A stretch of DNA of 32,000 bases, taken from contig JBJLBP010000001.1 in NCBI GenBank assembly GCA_045568075.1, positions 930,001-962,000 of the forward strand. The letters run 5' to 3'. How positions within the stretch are numbered: the first letter of the stretch is position 1; every line of letters starts with the position of its first letter. Under the pieces are notes generated by a model. It did no database searches, had not been told where the DNA came from, and worked only from the letters and a program-made list of their open reading frames with translations. Positions 16,501 through 23,552 of this stretch are shown here, in pieces. The DNA comes from Candidatus Thalassarchaeaceae archaeon. GTDB lineage: Archaea; Thermoplasmatota; Poseidoniia; Poseidoniales; Thalassarchaeaceae. The position numbers and the translations under genes are program-made.

Positions 16501-16902
16501 TCAAAATCCGAGCCGAATTGATTTCTCATCCCACATCTCTTCAGCATCAGGGCCACCGCAGCCGACGCACCCAGGATAGCCGGCTGCCGCGAGTTTCAGC
16601 ACCTGTTCAATCAATTCCGAAAAGCCAACATTGTTCTCCATAGGAATCCAAACCTGAGAGATGTTCGGCTCTTTCATACCGATGGATCCTCCATCTTCTC
16701 CTATGAGTGAAACTACAATTTCAGTATCTGAATGAACTTTAGATTCAAGGCCGAAATGTAAGGACGGTGCTAGATCAGAAATCTCCAAGGATAATTCCGA
16801 AGGCACCTCAACTTCTGAAGGATGACGAATGATTACCCCTCTAGATCGGAGTATCCTTCGGGCAAGTTCCCGCAATGACTTGGTGCAGTCATTCGCGCTC
16901 AT
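16501..16902 (-). CDS. Hypothetical small protein with a C-terminal 'GCVGCGG' (CxxC) motif
   Basis: The ORF-track entry 16501..16992 is shortened here to the ATG at 16902, so it no longer overlaps the divergent pyrD start. The C-terminal two thirds look protein-like ('FSELIEQVLKLAAAGYPGCVGCGGP'). I recognised no family. Confidence 0.45.
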   Translation of the reverse strand: MSANDCTKSLRELARRILRSRGVIIRHPSEVEVPSELSLEISDLAPSLHFGLESKVHSDTEIVVSLIGEDGGSIGMKEPNISQVWIPMENNVGFSELIEQVLKLAAAGYPGCVGCGGPDAEEMWDEKSIRLGF

Positions 16903-16955
16903 ACAACTCGCACTGCACGCAAGCCTTGAAGGATGCCTCATCCGCCGACAGCAGG

Positions 16956-18059
16956 ATGGGCCTGCCATATCGCTTGATGGTGCGGCCTGCAATGCGTTTC
17001 ATTGACTCGGAACGAGCTCACGGATTGAGTGTCCGAGCGCTCTCTACTTTTGTTGAAAACAGAGGTGCTCAGAAGTTAGTGAGTTCAATTTACAGAACTC
17101 CATCTCTACCGATCACAGTTTTTGGTAGATTATTCAGACATCCACTAGGTTTGGCTGCCGGCTTCGATAAATCGGCTAAGGCTTTGGGAGCTTGGCCGGC
17201 ATTAGGATTCTCGTGGTTAGAGTATGGTGGAGTTACTCGATTCCCACAAGAGGGTAATCCAAAACCGAGGATGTTCCGTTCTGATTCTGACTGCGCTTTG
17301 ATTAATCGAATGGGGTTCAATAATCCCGGAGCTCAGAGTATCAGAGAGACTCTAACCGCTCGACGTACAGCTGGACGATGGCCTCACACTCCTGTTGCCG
17401 CAAATATCGGGCGTTCGAAAACCGTGGACAATGCCCGTGCTCCCTCAGACTACGCTGAGACCTTCGACTTACTCTATGATCACGCTGACATCTTTGTCCT
17501 CAATGTATCCTCGCCGAACACACCAGGTCTTAGGGAACTTCAGGAAGATTCCCACATCCGTGATGTTGTCAGAGCTTGTACCGCGATACGGGAGAGGCGC
17601 TCGGGTCTGAAACCGATTCTCCTGAAATTTTCACCCGACCTTGAGCCTGATGTTTTGTTGTCGTGTGCAGGCGCAGCGCTATCTGCTGGAATCGACGGAT
17701 TTGTTGCTACGAATACCTCGATCGGACGCCCTCCTCCCTCGAATACGAGGTCGAGGCGTATACTTGCAGAGCAGGGTGGATTATCGGGGCGTCCACTACA
17801 TTCGAAATCAATCGAGATGATTGGTGAATTGTATGACGCTGTCGGGGATAAGGTTCCGATCGTTGGTTGTGGGGGCATCGAATCTGGAGAGACCGCATGG
17901 AATGCGATTACCAACGGGGCATCGTTGCTTCAGTTGTATTCAGCCATGGTTTTCCAGGGTCCTTCCGTGGTAGGCCGAGCTACTAGAGGAATCAAGAAGA
18001 GGCTGGCTGCCGATGGATTTACTGACTTGCAGGAAGCGGTCGGATATTCACGAACTTGA
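16956..18059 (+). CDS. pyrD: Dihydroorotate dehydrogenase, class 2 (quinone-dependent)
   Basis: 'IDSERAHGL', 'GLAAGFDK', 'GGVTRFPQEGNPKPRMFR', 'LINRMGFNNPG', 'NVSSPNTPGLRELQ', 'GGLSGRPL', 'IVGCGGIESG'. The ATG at 16956 gives the typical class-2 N-terminus. Confidence 0.9.
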   Translation: MGLPYRLMVRPAMRFIDSERAHGLSVRALSTFVENRGAQKLVSSIYRTPSLPITVFGRLFRHPLGLAAGFDKSAKALGAWPALGFSWLEYGGVTRFPQEGNPKPRMFRSDSDCALINRMGFNNPGAQSIRETLTARRTAGRWPHTPVAANIGRSKTVDNARAPSDYAETFDLLYDHADIFVLNVSSPNTPGLRELQEDSHIRDVVRACTAIRERRSGLKPILLKFSPDLEPDVLLSCAGAALSAGIDGFVATNTSIGRPPPSNTRSRRILAEQGGLSGRPLHSKSIEMIGELYDAVGDKVPIVGCGGIESGETAWNAITNGASLLQLYSAMVFQGPSVVGRATRGIKKRLAADGFTDLQEAVGYSRT

Positions 18060-18112
18060 GTAAATTGTTTGCTCGGTCTTGAGTAATACTATTCAACACC
18101 GGACTTGGGGGA

Positions 18113-18502
18113 GTGATTGTGCGCAACGACCGTCTTACGCGACTAGCTCTGGTCGCAGTAGTCATGCTCGGGCTAGTCGGGCTGATGTTCATGACTGTAG
18201 ACCCTGAGATTCAGTACACTGTCGATGAAGTCATGGAATCACCTGAGGATCATGATTCGAGTGAGGTCCACCTTAGAGGGATTGTTAGCATCGGCTCTAT
18301 CGATAATCAATCCTCGACATTTACTCTGGAAGGATTATCTTCCGAGTTGAGTGTATCTTTTGCTTCAATCGCAGTTCCTGATGGCTTTGAGGAGGGTCGA
18401 ACTATCGCTGTTAAGGGTGAATTATCACAAGACGGTGGCAATTGGCATTTGTCTGCGAATGAGATCCAAACGGGTTGCCCCTCGAAATATGAGGCTGAAT
18501 GA
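18113..18502 (+). CDS. ccmE: Cytochrome c maturation heme chaperone CcmE, CxxxY variant
   Basis: N-terminal TM anchor plus an OB-fold pattern. 'VHLRGIVSIGSI', 'VPDGFEEGRTIAVKGEL' and 'ANEIQTGCPSKYE' parallel E. coli 'LRVGGMVMPGSV', 'LPDLFREGQGVVVQGEL' and 'KEVLAKHDENYTP'. The heme-binding His is replaced by Cys (TGC 18476-18478) and the Tyr is retained (18488-18490). The start is GTG 18113 or GTG 18119. Confidence 0.8.
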   Translation: MIVRNDRLTRLALVAVVMLGLVGLMFMTVDPEIQYTVDEVMESPEDHDSSEVHLRGIVSIGSIDNQSSTFTLEGLSSELSVSFASIAVPDGFEEGRTIAVKGELSQDGGNWHLSANEIQTGCPSKYEAE

Positions 18503-18571
18503 ATCAAAGCCTCTTGAAATCGAGGAAGTTTGAGTTTCAAGCGGTCTAATCCACATCGTTTTGTTCATAGG

Positions 18572-18885
18572 TGAGCGCTACCCGCGATAGTTGGGCTAGG
18601 GGGAGTGTTGACGTGCTCTATCATCCACAAATCGTCAAAAATGGTGGCCTGAAGTCTGAGGGCGGCGAATACGAGCCGATGATAACCCTGCGGTTAACGT
18701 CGATGTCTCGCCCCCAAGAGATCCAGGTTGGCGGAGAACACTTCCGTAGGGAAGTGTCGACCGTCTCAAGCTCGGGAATCAGGTCAGGCGCGGAAGCGAG
18801 CAGCCCGACCGGGGATGCTGGATGCCTTGGGAAAGCGGGGCTGAGGAGATCGTGGAACATTTATCGTTGGTGACGAGCGTCCACC
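18572..18885 (+). ncRNA. Signal recognition particle RNA (7S/SRP RNA), archaeal architecture
   Basis: 'TCAGGTCAGGCGCGGAAGCGAGCAGCCC' (18779-18806) matches the universally conserved helix-8 motif (E. coli 4.5S 'CAGGUCAGGUCCGGAAGGAAGCAGCC') with a GGAA tetraloop. A helix-6-like hairpin ACACTTCC-GTAG-GGAAGTGT lies at 18738-18757. 18575-18590 can pair with 18862-18879 (13 of 15 positions, including G:U), as expected for helix 1. The ends are approximate (+/- ~20 nt). Confidence 0.8.
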
Positions 18886-18895
18886 GAAGACATGC

Positions 18896-18940
18896 CCACT
18901 ATCTATTCTAGTGGTTACTTTGTGACCAATGCTGGTCACA
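18896..18940. terminator. Two tandem hairpins between the convergent SRP RNA and a small minus-strand ORF
   Basis: CCACTA-tctattc-TAGTGG (18896-18914) and TGTGACCA-atgc-TGGTCACA (18921-18940), with 'ttactttg' between them. Terminator function is inferred. Confidence 0.35.
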
Positions 18941-18949
18941 CGGCCTACT

Positions 18950-19114
18950 CTATTCATTCTGACTTCGCAACTGCTCGACTTCCCCTCGTAGTTGGTGAAT
19001 CTGCCTATTCTTCCTGATTACGAAAAAGTAGATTGGGATTGCTACAATCAAGATAATGAGAATAAGCAAAGGCACAATCAAGAAGATGGTCAATACAGCC
19101 CCTGCTTCTGCCAT
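18950..19114 (-). CDS. Candidate 54-aa single-pass membrane microprotein; below the 60-aa cut-off of the ORF track
   Basis: My translation: MAEAGAVLTIFLIVPLLILIILIVAIPIYFFVIRKNRQIHQLRGEVEQLRSQNE. The ATG is preceded by AAGGGAGAATT. It has a clean TM helix followed by a basic, coiled tail. It lies 49 nt downstream of the DUF1028 gene on the same strand and is followed by a hairpin. Confidence 0.45.
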   Translation of the reverse strand: MAEAGAVLTIFLIVPLLILIILIVAIPIYFFVIRKNRQIHQLRGEVEQLRSQNE

Positions 19115-19163
19115 AATTCTCCCTTAGTGTTTCAAACGATTAACATATTCCCGGTATGAAAGG

Positions 19164-20021
19164 TTACCTTCCCAGTAATGTTTTGACTGTTTCTTGGGAA
19201 ATACCAGCAAGGTTGTTCTTAGCGCATCGAATGAGAAGTTCTTCCCAACCCGGGTGTTCATCAAGGGCTACTTTGACGAGTTCTCTGGCCTCTTCATGTC
19301 GACCCTTATTGACGAGATCAACGGACCTCCAGAATGCAATTTCAGGGATTTCAGAAGATAGTTCAGATTCTATTGCATCCCCTTCTTGGTATTTTGATAG
19401 ATTAGAATAGGCATTCTGAATTTCCAGTAATCGACTTAACTCAGTCAGAGGATCAGGGTGGTCATCTACTCGAATGTCGGTAATTGTCTCCATCCATGGT
19501 TTCGATAATTGTTCAGGACCCACTACCAAAATCCGAGCAGCTTGCATCCCTCTGATGTCGCCGCCTTGTTCTTCTGCAGCATGTAATGATGCCAGCATTC
19601 GATGTGCCAAATCACCTTGAGCATTGATGAATGCGTCATGCATAGCATTCCAGACTGTTGAATTCCACATCATATTCGCTTGGCAGGAGAAGCCATCGCC
19701 GACGATATGCCCTGCTTCAGGAATTGTTTGCGACCCTGTGTGCACTGCAACCCCTGCGGCAGAATCAACCATTGCAACCTGCCTTATCTCGGGGGCATCA
19801 TCCAATGACAGACGTTTCCTTAACGCATTTTCAGCAGATTCTCCCTCTTGCATTAATTCGATTCCTAATGGCCCATGGTCAATTAGCGCCATTGCTTGAG
19901 TTGCGACTGCTCCGACTCCAGCTTTTGCCCAGCACACTACTCCAGCACCAAACCAATGAGATTGTACGGCAACCCCTAACTGACCTGTTTGAGAACATCT
20001 TGCTACGATCGAATAAGTCAA
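19164..20021 (-). CDS. DUF1028-family (Ntn-hydrolase fold) protein
   Basis: 'MTYSIVARCSQTGQLGVAVQSHWFGAGVVCWAKAGVGAVATQA' matches the DUF1028 N-terminal signature (TFSIVA..tGelGvAvqS...vG..vpwa.aGvGavATQ). TTG start. Thr2 would be the Ntn nucleophile. Confidence 0.8.
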   Translation of the reverse strand: MTYSIVARCSQTGQLGVAVQSHWFGAGVVCWAKAGVGAVATQAMALIDHGPLGIELMQEGESAENALRKRLSLDDAPEIRQVAMVDSAAGVAVHTGSQTIPEAGHIVGDGFSCQANMMWNSTVWNAMHDAFINAQGDLAHRMLASLHAAEEQGGDIRGMQAARILVVGPEQLSKPWMETITDIRVDDHPDPLTELSRLLEIQNAYSNLSKYQEGDAIESELSSEIPEIAFWRSVDLVNKGRHEEARELVKVALDEHPGWEELLIRCAKNNLAGISQETVKTLLGR

Positions 20022-20030
20022 ATCCAGACC

Positions 20031-20516
20031 TCAAATTGTGGATGAATCGGTTCCACCCATCGAACAAACTATGCCAAAATGTTCTCCGGAAACTGGCTGG
20101 ACTGAGAGGCGTTGTCCCCGAGCAAGGAGTGGCATTCCTTCGAGAGCTGGATTTGCTTTGAGTTCAGGGAGGCCAATTATTTCAAGAGGTGTGATAGGCT
20201 CTATGTCGACCATCATCCATCGTGGATTCTCTGGGCTGGCCTTCTCATCAAAATACTTCGAAGAAGGGTCTTGGGCGGTGTGATCTGGATAGCCTTCCTT
20301 ACACACTCGAGCTACGCCTGCAATGTGAGGTGGTTTGCAATTTGAATGATAAAACAAGACCAAATCGCCGATTTTCATATCATCTCGCATGGTATTTCGA
20401 GCCTGATAATTTCTCACACCATCCCAATGGGTCGAACCATCTTCAACTAATTGTGACCAAGGATAGACATGCGGTTCGCTCTTCATCAACCAATAATTTA
20501 CCATATTTCTCACCAT
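20031..20516 (-). CDS. EVE (PUA-like, THYN1-type) domain protein
   Basis: 'YWLMKSEP', 'WDGVRNYQARNTMRDDMKIGDLVLFYHSN', 'IAGVARVCKEGYPD', 'RWMMVDIE'. The start is ATG 20516 (ATGGTGA overlap with the MMPL stop) or ATG 20504. Confidence 0.8.
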   Translation of the reverse strand: MVRNMVNYWLMKSEPHVYPWSQLVEDGSTHWDGVRNYQARNTMRDDMKIGDLVLFYHSNCKPPHIAGVARVCKEGYPDHTAQDPSSKYFDEKASPENPRWMMVDIEPITPLEIIGLPELKANPALEGMPLLARGQRLSVQPVSGEHFGIVCSMGGTDSSTI

Positions 20517-23425
20517 GCGTCGTCTGATCCCATCACCAAGGTTGCATCGATGACATTACCCTCTTCACGGGTTAATGTCCTGCGCAATCCTGCAGCTCGG
20601 GCCATATTGTTAGAACCCCCACTCAACGAGATATTTGCTTTCACCAGCAGTGCGTAAATGGCGGGGAGAAGGAAGAGGGCAGAAATTGCTGCTACAATCA
20701 ACAGGATGATGATTACGTTGACAAATGGTATGATTGCAGGAATTGGAATCCAGTAAGCACATGTAAGGCCGGCAGCGGTTATCGTCGTTGCTTCGGCGAG
20801 ACTCATTCCAGTGCTTGCGCATGCTATTCTAATCGCGTCAAGTGATCCACCTAATTCACGTACACGATTCGCAATATGTATCGAGAAATCAACTCCGACG
20901 CCAACCAATATCGAACCTATCATTACAGTCACCAATGATAATGTTACGTCGCCCGAATCCATCACCATCCATTGCATGAATACAGTGAATGCGACAGGAA
21001 TTGTAGTCAGAATCGCATATTGAACATCTCTGAATACCAATCCAAGTGTCAACACGGTGAATAGTAAGGCGAATCCGAGTGAATTCCACTGCGAACCTAC
21101 AATGAGGGTGTTGACTTCGATAGTTACTGATGCCACGCCTACCAATTTCGTTGAAGTGATACCACCGCTGGTATCTTGGGCAGCGAATGTATCAATCTGG
21201 CTAGCGGCGGCCTCGGTGCTCTTGACATCCATAAATGGCATATCGATGTAAATCAAACTCCGTTGGTAATCGCTTGACATGAACAATTCTCGCATCTCTT
21301 TCGTCAAACTATTGTAGAACACGTAAATCAGGAAATTTTGTGCTTCTGTCCCACCAGATGGTTGTTGATCGAGAAGAGCCAGACCCCACCAGAATGATCC
21401 GTTTCCAGAGGCTTCTCTGTCAAAGAGGAGTTCTGCAACATCCTTCATTGGTTCTGGTAATGGGGAATCGTCAATTATTTCCATAATTGGTTCGCCAGTA
21501 ACATTTACTCCGACGGCTATTGCTTTCATCAAGAAGACAATCGAGACAGCCGTTGTCTGATTTACTTGGTTGCATTTTCCTTCAAGCTCTTCGATACCTT
21601 TCAGATTATCATACGGATCATTAACTTCGGTAGGATCATTGATGAAAGTAGGTGAGGCACTGATGTCGCCATCGATGAGTAGGAAGCCAGGCTGTCCAGC
21701 CTCGAATTCATCGGAATATATCCCCATTTTTTCTACAGCAGGAACGTTTTGAGGTGCCATTTCGAGCAAATCGATATTCTCTTCTACATTCGGTCGATTA
21801 TATCCTGCTGAGATTAACATCAACGTGAGGAATACCGCCAGTGTCAATTTCGTCCAATTAAGCGGGAAATTTACTGCTTTGACGAAGGGTGCAGGAGGTG
21901 GGTGTGAAGGTTTCTTCAGATCTAACAACATGGTTAGATTCGGAACCATAACCATCGTCATGATGTAAACAACAACGATTCCTCCAGCCAATGACCAACC
22001 CACAGTTTGAATTGGTTTCATTTCTACGAATGTGAGTGAGATGAATCCGATAATAGTAGTAATTGCAGAGAGCATTACGGCTCTTCCAGTCGATTGTAGG
22101 GCTGCATCCATTTTCTCTTGTGGAGTTCCTTTAGCCTCGGCATAGCGATTGGTGATATGGAGACCATAGGAGACTCCCAAGGCAAGTACAATGGGGCCAA
22201 CTATGATTACAGTCATCGTCACCTCATAATTTGTCCAACCGATTATTCCCATTGTGATAAAAACTGAACACAAGGTTGGAAGGCCAGATATGATGAGGAC
22301 CTTGATTCCTTGAACAAACCTGATTCGTCCGGTTTGTAACAGATCACAATGGAAAAGGAAGAGTCCCGCAGAAACAAAGAATACACCAATAGGGAAAACC
22401 TTCCAGAATAGGTTGAATGATTCTTCAGTGACTGCGTTGGTAATAGGGACCGGGCCGGTAAGAGTCATCGTTAGATTCTTCGATGCCCAATCATTTTTTT
22501 CTCCGAGTCTATCGATTTCATCCTGAGTTCCTTCAATCAACTCAGAAATCGTCGTATTCCCAAGGTCATCACTGATTCCGATGATTATCACGGCTCGATT
22601 CCAATAGAATGCCTTCTCAGCTTCTTTGATGCCATCACCATCCGCATCTCTTCCAACATCTCTAACAAGCTTAGAGAGTGCATTGGATGGCATCTCTTGC
22701 AGGATCTGATCGACTCTTTCTTGTTCATCGGGAATTGCGTAATTGCCGAGTAAATCCTCGTTCTGATCAATAGACTCGTTGAGTTGCTCAGAGAGTTCTT
22801 CTGAACCCACTGCTTGTGCTACACCCGAGAAGAATGATTTGACAACTCGCCCTGCCGAGGAGTTCACTTCTTTAATCACAGTAGAAATTGAAAGAACATA
22901 GATGACATTGTCCTCTCCACCGTCATTCGCACCAGGATTCAATTTCTTCTCGACCTTTTCTATCTCTTCTAATATCGGAATAGTAGTAATGTTGTAATCT
23001 TCCGATTCGACATAGATAACCATGACATTCGTAGTCCAATCCTCTTCGACTCTAGACAATAATTCTGATACTTCAGAACCTTGCGGCAGATAGACTTCCA
23101 AATCACCGTTGACATTCATCGAAGACTTTCCTTCGATTGGACAAAAACCGTCCCGACAATCTACGATACCCGACTCCCAGGAAAAGAAGCCAGTTACGAT
23201 AAGACAAATCACCACAGTAACTACAGGGAATTTAGTTAGAATATTTGTAAAATTGAGATTGGCAGAGGCTCGTCGGAATTGATTTCTAGCCCGACGCCCG
23301 AAGCCTCCGATATCCTTTCTTTCAACATCTACCGAGGAGAATACTTCGCTGGCTTTGCTGCTGGCTCTGCGGGCAACTCTTGAGGCGATATTTCGCTTCT
23401 CGCCTCCTTCATCCAACTGGCTCAC
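20510..23425 (-). CDS. RND-superfamily exporter of the MMPL/HpnN-like type (two 6-TM bundles, two large external loops)
   Basis: 971 aa with TM clusters at roughly residues 340-500 and 800-940. The sterol-sensing-like helices are Gly/Ile-rich ('GLPTLCSVFITMGIIGW', 'ILVGVGVDFSIHIANR'). Each bundle is preceded by a large hydrophilic loop. Confidence 0.8.
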   Translation of the reverse strand: MSQLDEGGEKRNIASRVARRASSKASEVFSSVDVERKDIGGFGRRARNQFRRASANLNFTNILTKFPVVTVVICLIVTGFFSWESGIVDCRDGFCPIEGKSSMNVNGDLEVYLPQGSEVSELLSRVEEDWTTNVMVIYVESEDYNITTIPILEEIEKVEKKLNPGANDGGEDNVIYVLSISTVIKEVNSSAGRVVKSFFSGVAQAVGSEELSEQLNESIDQNEDLLGNYAIPDEQERVDQILQEMPSNALSKLVRDVGRDADGDGIKEAEKAFYWNRAVIIIGISDDLGNTTISELIEGTQDEIDRLGEKNDWASKNLTMTLTGPVPITNAVTEESFNLFWKVFPIGVFFVSAGLFLFHCDLLQTGRIRFVQGIKVLIISGLPTLCSVFITMGIIGWTNYEVTMTVIIVGPIVLALGVSYGLHITNRYAEAKGTPQEKMDAALQSTGRAVMLSAITTIIGFISLTFVEMKPIQTVGWSLAGGIVVVYIMTMVMVPNLTMLLDLKKPSHPPPAPFVKAVNFPLNWTKLTLAVFLTLMLISAGYNRPNVEENIDLLEMAPQNVPAVEKMGIYSDEFEAGQPGFLLIDGDISASPTFINDPTEVNDPYDNLKGIEELEGKCNQVNQTTAVSIVFLMKAIAVGVNVTGEPIMEIIDDSPLPEPMKDVAELLFDREASGNGSFWWGLALLDQQPSGGTEAQNFLIYVFYNSLTKEMRELFMSSDYQRSLIYIDMPFMDVKSTEAAASQIDTFAAQDTSGGITSTKLVGVASVTIEVNTLIVGSQWNSLGFALLFTVLTLGLVFRDVQYAILTTIPVAFTVFMQWMVMDSGDVTLSLVTVMIGSILVGVGVDFSIHIANRVRELGGSLDAIRIACASTGMSLAEATTITAAGLTCAYWIPIPAIIPFVNVIIILLIVAAISALFLLPAIYALLVKANISLSGGSNNMARAAGLRRTLTREEGNVIDATLVMGSDDAW

Positions 23426-23552
23426 GCTCGTGTTCGTCGATGCCGTCTCAACGGGCAGTGCTTGAACTCAACGGCACCGGGTTCCTCTTAGAGTGAATAT
23501 ACTGCATGCTTCCTAACACTGCGGGAACGGTCAAGAACAAGTTGTCCCAGCG

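Noticed and set aside
16311-16556. 81-aa minus-strand ORF (or a 56-aa version from ATG 16481) and the 108-aa plus-strand ORF at 16253..16579, both crossing the GC-rich element
   Set aside because: The Arg/Ala/His-rich translations are what alternating CGCGCG sequence yields in any frame. The long versions overlap flanking real genes. I treat the region as non-coding, although a short Arg-rich upstream ORF before topA cannot be strictly excluded.
16903-16992. N-terminal 30 codons of ORF 16501..16992, and the N-terminal 27 codons of ORF 16875..18059
   Set aside because: The two longest ORFs would overlap head-to-head by >100 nt. pyrD homology begins at 'MGLPYRL...' (ATG 16956), so I used internal ATGs for both genes.
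18571-18873. 100-aa plus-strand ORF, and the 79-aa minus-strand ORF at 18621..18860
   Set aside because: Both lie entirely inside the region carrying the SRP RNA helix-6 and helix-8 motifs. The translations are Gly/Arg/Ser-rich with no protein-like pattern. The GTG start has no RBS.
19658-20161. 167-aa plus-strand ORF spanning the DUF1028/EVE junction, and the neighbouring 19624..19899 ORF
   Set aside because: They are antisense to two genes with strong family signatures and cross an intergenic gap. The Leu/Gln/Pro-rich translation looks like a shadow frame.
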